Assembly: GCF_006345805.1 (NCBI RefSeq)
Contig: NW_021834772.1
Span: 1-26,525 of the forward strand
DNA from: Octopus sinensis
Taxonomy: Eukaryota
Reading direction: 5' to 3'
Length of the DNA stretch: 26,525 bases
The stretch's first letter is position 1. Each line of letters begins with the position of its first letter. This document shows positions 21,681 through 26,525 of this stretch, piece by piece. Under the pieces are notes generated by a model. It searched no databases. It saw nothing but the letters and a program-made list of their open reading frames with translations, and was not told where the DNA came from. A program made the translations under genes and the position numbers.

Positions 21681-21814
21681 ATCATATTGATTTCTCGTAT
21701 CAATACAATGATTCCAATTTTTGTAAGAGGAGTATAACCATGATCATCATCCTTTTAAAATCCACTTTTCTATGCTGGTATGGCTTGGATGGAGTTTATT
21801 GAGACAGACTTTCT

Positions 21815-22005
21815 AATTTTGGGGGAGGTGTGGGGCTAGTCGATTAGATCAACCCCAGTACACAATTGGTACTTAACTTATCGAGCCGAAAAGGATGAAA
21901 GGCAAAGTCGACCTTGGTGGAATTTGAACTCAGAATGTGAAGACAGACGAAATACAACTAAGCATTTCACCCAGCATGCTAACGTTTCTGCCAGTTCACT
22001 GCCTT
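21815..22005 (-). mobile_element. SINE family B
   Basis: GGTACTTAACTTATCGAGCCGAAAAGGATGAAAGGCAAAGTCGACC...GAATTTGAACTCAG...TTCTGCCAGTTCACTGCC. Confidence 0.8.
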
Positions 22006-22784
22006 AATAATAATGATGCTCTACAGTGCACAGAAGAAACTGATACTTCATCTAACTCTGGATGGAAAAGTGCCCTTGTATTTCTCTATTTGCTTATTCA
22101 TTTGATAACAACAATTCAGGAATCTCAATTGAATTTATGCTCAAACTGGATCCGAAGGCAAGTGAATATTTTATGGCAATTTTCAGCAATGAAATTGTCA
22201 ATTTTACTGTGTATAGCTTTTATATTTATTCGAAGTGAAAATAAGTATAAAAATTTCTCTTAAGGAAAAGAGGATATTTTTTTTTATTCTCTATCCCTTT
22301 GGTACACACATTCATGTAAACCTTGCCTGCTGTTTAAGGGTTAAACTCAGACAGTAAAGAGCATAAATATATAAAACCAATTATCTTGTCAGGCATGCTA
22401 ACAACACACAAAGCTACAAATTTTGTGTGAGATTAGAGTTAATAAAATCAACCGCAGTATTTTAAGCTGGTACGTTATTTTATTAACCCAGCAATGCCGA
22501 AAGACAAAGTGGGCTGGAACTCAGCAAATAAAAGTCTATCATACAGTTGAGCATTCTTCCTGCCTGATGTTATGTTGATTCTGTCTGACAATTCACTGCT
22601 ATTATTTTTATCTTCTATGTTTTTTTTTTTACTTGCTTCAGTCATTTGACTGTGGCCATGCTGGAGCACCACATTGAAGTCTTTAATTCAACAAATTGAC
22701 CCCAATGTTTATAAAACTGGTGCTTATTCTATTGACCTCTGTTGCTGAATTACCAAGTAATGGGGAGGGGAACAAGCCAATATT

Positions 22785-22994
22785 ATTTCTTTATTGCCCA
22801 CAAGGGGCTAAACATAGAGGGGACAAACAAGGACCGACCCCAGTGCGTAACTGGTACTTAATTTATCAACCCTGAAAGGATGAAAGACAAAGTTGACCTT
22901 GGAGGAATTTGAACTCAGAACGTAATGGCAAACGAAATATCGCTAAGCATTTTGCCTGGTGTACTAATGTTTCTGCCAGCTCACCACCTTTTGG
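22785..22994 (-). mobile_element. SINE family B, tail type 2 (nested)
   Basis: TSD-like AACAAGCCAATATT (22771-22784) / AAAAAACCAATATT (22995-23008). Confidence 0.8.
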
Positions 22995-23181
22995 AAAAAA
23001 CCAATATTGGTCATCAAGTGCCGGTGGAGGACAAACAAACATGGACATACACTCATACATACACACAGCACATCCACATACATACATATACAAACACACT
23101 CACACACATATATGTATGCATAACTAACTATACAATAGGCTTCTACACAGTCTCCTTCTACCAAAGTCACTCACAGAGCAT

Positions 23182-23481
23182 TGTTCCTTCTTGAGCCACA
23201 CTTGGCTCATAAGGGCCAGTTTCCCGGTTTCCTTGGCATATAGGTTCCCCACCTGGACGGGATGCTGGTCTGTCGCAGGTGAGCTGCAAGAAGCAGGAGG
23301 AAAGAGTGAGAGAAAGTTGTGGCAAAAGAATCAGCAGAAGTTTGTTATTACCTTCAGCTGGAACCACGTGGAGCTTAGGTGCTTCGCTCATAAACACACA
23401 CATTACCCGGTCTGAGATTCGAACCCATGATCCCTCAACCATGAATCTGCTGCTCTAACCACTAGGCCATGTGCCTCCACA
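23182..23481 (-). mobile_element. tRNA-derived SINE family D (nested), with Meta/V-like central motif
   Basis: Perfect 14-bp TSD CACTCACAGAGCAT (23168-23181, 23482-23495). A box TGGCCTAGTGG, B box GGTTCGAATCT, and CCTGCGACAGACCAGCATCCCGTCCAGG motif (domain name from recall). Confidence 0.88.
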
Positions 23482-24001
23482 CACTCACAGAGCATGGGTC
23501 AGCCCAGGGTTCATAGCAAAGGAGACTTTTAACAACATGCTCAAGTTGCAGCACAATGAGATTCAATCTGAATCCATATGATTACAAAGTGAAGTTCTCA
23601 ATAACACAACCATACCAGCACTTATAATGACTATTGTAGAAAAGTTTTAAAAACAAAGACATGAAAAAAACAAAAAACAAATAAGTATGAACTTGATCAT
23701 AACAAAATGTCACATTCAAATAGTGTGAAACAATAAAATGGTGAAATCAGAACTGAACTTGAAATCTTTGTAAAAGAGAATGAGATTGAATAAAAAAAAA
23801 AATAATAATAATAAAAAGACAAAGTAAGATTGAAAGACAACAAAAGATAAAAAGATGGAGAGATAAATCTAAAAAATATAATTATATCAAATAGAAAGAA
23901 GATGTTGCAAGAATTAGGAAAAGAAATGCAAATATGAAATAAAAGAAAAACGATATGCACAAAAACAAAAAATAATAACAATCAAATATTTTTAAATGTC
24001 A

Positions 24002-24685
24002 CTGAGGAAATGACTAGAGACCGAGACCTCTGGAAGTGTGCTGTGCGCGAGAAGACCCGGCAGGACAAGTGAGTCCACAACCCGTGGCTTTCTACATGGG
24101 ATGGAGCCAGCCTACGTATGCATACCTTCCCTTCTTGGGACACAAAACTCTACTTGTGAAGACGTGTTGAGGCAAGTGAGGATCAGAATCGAAATCGATC
24201 AATGGAAATTGCGGATGTGCTACCAGTGCCGGTGGCATGTCGAAACTCTGCTTGTGAAGACCCATTGAGGCAAGTGAGGATCAGAATCGAAATCGATCAA
24301 TGGAAATCGATCAATGGAAATTGCAGATGTGTTACCAGTGCCGGTGGCATGTAAGAGAACTTTCCGTTTCGCGACCGTTGCCAGCACCGCCCCGTTTCGT
24401 GTCCGTTGCCAGCCTCGCCTGGCCCTCGTGCCGGTGGCACATAAAAAGCACCATCCATTCGTGGCCGTTTGCCAGCTCTGTCTGGCACCAGTGCGGGTGG
24501 CACGTAAAAAGCACCCACTACACTCACGGAGTGGTTGGCGTTAGGAAGGGCATCCAGCCGTAGAAACACTGCCAGATTTGACTGGGCCTGATGAAGCCTT
24601 CTGGCTTCACAGACCCCAGTAGAACCGTCCAACCCATGCTAGCATGGAAAACGGACGCTAAATGATGATGATGATGATGATGATG
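24002..24685 (+). mobile_element. 5'-truncated RTE-type LINE 3' end (ORF C-terminus, 3' UTR, (GAT)n tail)
   Basis: TEEMTRDRDLWKCAVREKTRQDK* C-terminus; ~96-bp internal duplication (24146-24240 / 24243-24352); CpG-rich and apparently young. Confidence 0.85.
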
Positions 24686-24714
24686 TCAACAATCCATTCT
24701 ATGAGCTAATATAT

Positions 24715-24856
24715 GCACATACATAGATACAGCGACACATAGATGTATATGTACATACATACGCACAAACATTTTACATAAATGTATATATATATACACA
24801 CACACACATATATATATATATATATTATATGTATTATATGTATATGTATATATATG

Positions 24857-24887
<31 letters not shown>

Positions 24888-25037
24888 GTATATATATGTA
24901 TATGTATATATATGTATATATATATATGTATATATATATATGTATATATATATATGCATATATATATATGCATATATATATGTATATATATATATATGTA
25001 TGTATATTATATATGTATATATATAATATATATGTAT

Positions 25038-25071
<34 letters not shown>

Positions 25072-25106
25072 TATATATATGTATATATATATATATGTAT
25101 GTATAT

Positions 25107-25137
<31 letters not shown>

Positions 25138-25287
25138 GTATGTATATATATATATATGTATATATGTATGTATATATTTATGTATATATATATATGTATA
25201 TATGTATGTATATATTTATGTATATATATATATGTATATATATGTATATATATATGTATATGTATATATATATGTATATGTATATGT

Positions 25288-25320
<33 letters not shown>

Positions 25321-25321
25321 T

Positions 25322-25354
<33 letters not shown>

Positions 25355-25466
25355 TATATGTATATGTATATATGTATATGTATATGTGTATATGTATATG
25401 TATATATGTATATGTATATGTATATATGTATATGTATATGTATATATGTATATATATATGTATATA
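24715..25466. repeat. Long compound (TA)n/(TATATG)n microsatellite
   Basis: Seen directly. Confidence 0.95.
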
Positions 25467-26525
25467 GGCCTTTGATAAAATCGATCATGAATGATATGTC
25501 ACAAACTGCGTGATCTCAACATAGTTGGAAAACTGGGAGAATGGCTTCATGACTTTCTGAAGGATAGAAGTCAGGTGGTAGTAGCCAATGGGGCCACCTC
25601 CATTAACACACAAATAGTGAGCAGTGTTCCGCAGGGCACTGTTCTGGGACCACTACTGTTCATAATGGCCCTCTCAGACATGCCCTCAGCCACGCAGAGA
25701 GCCACGATCACAAGTTATGCAGATGATACAAAAGTTTCACAGGCAATACAGAACCCTGAGGACACTAAACACCTGCAATGTGAGCTGGACGAAATATACA
25801 AGTGGGCTGAAAAGAATAGCATGCAGTTCAATGCTGGAAAGTTTCAAGCTTTATACTATCAGCATGCAAGACTGAATGCAATACCCAATGAATACACTGG
25901 ACCCGGAGGGATTGCAATCCCAGAGGCACAATCAGTGCGTGACCTGGGTATTCACATGAGTGATGACGCGACCTTTCATGTACATGTTGCTAAACTGACA
26001 ATGAAATGTAGACGGCTGGCTGGATGGATTCTTAGAACCTTTAGAACAAGAGAACAAGAAACCATGATGGTCCTCTGGAAGACACTTGTCCTAAGCCACT
26101 TTGACTATTGCTCTCAGCTATGGTCACCATCCAGTGTCAAGTTGATCACAGAACTTGAGGCGATCCAACGAAGCTACACGAAGAAGATAGCCTCTATGCA
26201 GAATGTAAGCTACTGGGAAAGACTCAAGAGATTAAAATTATATTCCCTGGAGCGTAGGCGGGAAAGATATGCCATAATATACATCTGGAAGATCCTGGAG
26301 GGAAGTGTCCTGAACTTTGGCATCGAGAGTTACGCAAATGCCAGAACTGGGCGCCACTGCGTGGTGCCTAGGACTCCAAACCTGCCATCAAGATGTAGGA
26401 CAAGATTCTGTGATAGTCTGGGCTTCCAAGGCCCACAGCTCTTCAATATCCTCCTGAAGAACCTGAGAGACCTGCATGGGGTGGATACAGATTATCTTTA
26501 AAATGAAGCTAGATCTCTTCCTGTC
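25466..26525 (+). mobile_element. 5'-truncated CR1/L2-group non-LTR retrotransposon, continuing beyond the window
   Basis: Begins in the RT motif AFDKIDH directly after the TA tract; frameshifts near 25489 and 26490. Confidence 0.9.
25491..26501 (+). pseudogene. LINE ORF2 reverse transcriptase C-terminal half (336-aa open segment)
   Basis: VPQGTVLGPLLF, YADDTK, WAEKNSMQFNAGK, RDLGI, HFDYCSQLWSP, LYSLERRRERY are CR1/L2-type RT and post-RT motifs; no endonuclease or N-terminal RT. Confidence 0.9.

Larger units (their letters stand above)
22620..23620 (-). mobile_element. Old SINE family A copy split by two nested SINEs
   Basis: Pieces at 22620-22784, 22995-23181 and 23482-23620 join into one colinear reverse-complement copy. 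Confidence 0.7.

Noticed and set aside
21937-22263. 108-aa ORF
   Set aside because: Starts inside an antisense SINE B; no recognisable domain.
23697-23981. Hydrophobic F/I/L-rich 94-aa ORF
   Set aside because: Artefact of an A-rich, strand-biased low-complexity tract.
24588-24625. CTGATGAAGCC-ttct-GGCTTCA resembling a hammerhead start
   Set aside because: The hairpin consumes the core bases and no GAAA follows stem II.

Overview
AT-rich, repeat-saturated eukaryotic non-coding DNA, probably intronic or intergenic. The SINE families and microsatellite load resemble an Octopus (coleoid cephalopod) genome; this is inferred from recalled repeat sequences, not a database search. No intact host gene is visible, and most ORFs in the track are microsatellite or SINE artefacts. 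The window holds about 20 tRNA-derived SINE copies from at least four families, several nested and carrying target-site duplications (TSDs). It also holds 3' fragments of RTE-type LINEs, a 5'-truncated CR1/L2-group LINE RT running off the right edge, two deleted mariner elements, a DD37D (maT-type) relic, TTAA/piggyBac-type and Tc2/pogo-type MITEs, and a ~2.4 kb degenerate ~30-bp minisatellite. The most interesting object is a ~450-bp TSD-flanked element at 14008-14456. It has a tRNA-like Pol III head between two inverted arms, each carrying a minimal type I hammerhead ribozyme motif, making it a candidate tRNA-headed SINE with Penelope-like pseudo-LTR architecture. A second, unrelated hammerhead-like motif lies at 2943-2978 on the minus strand.
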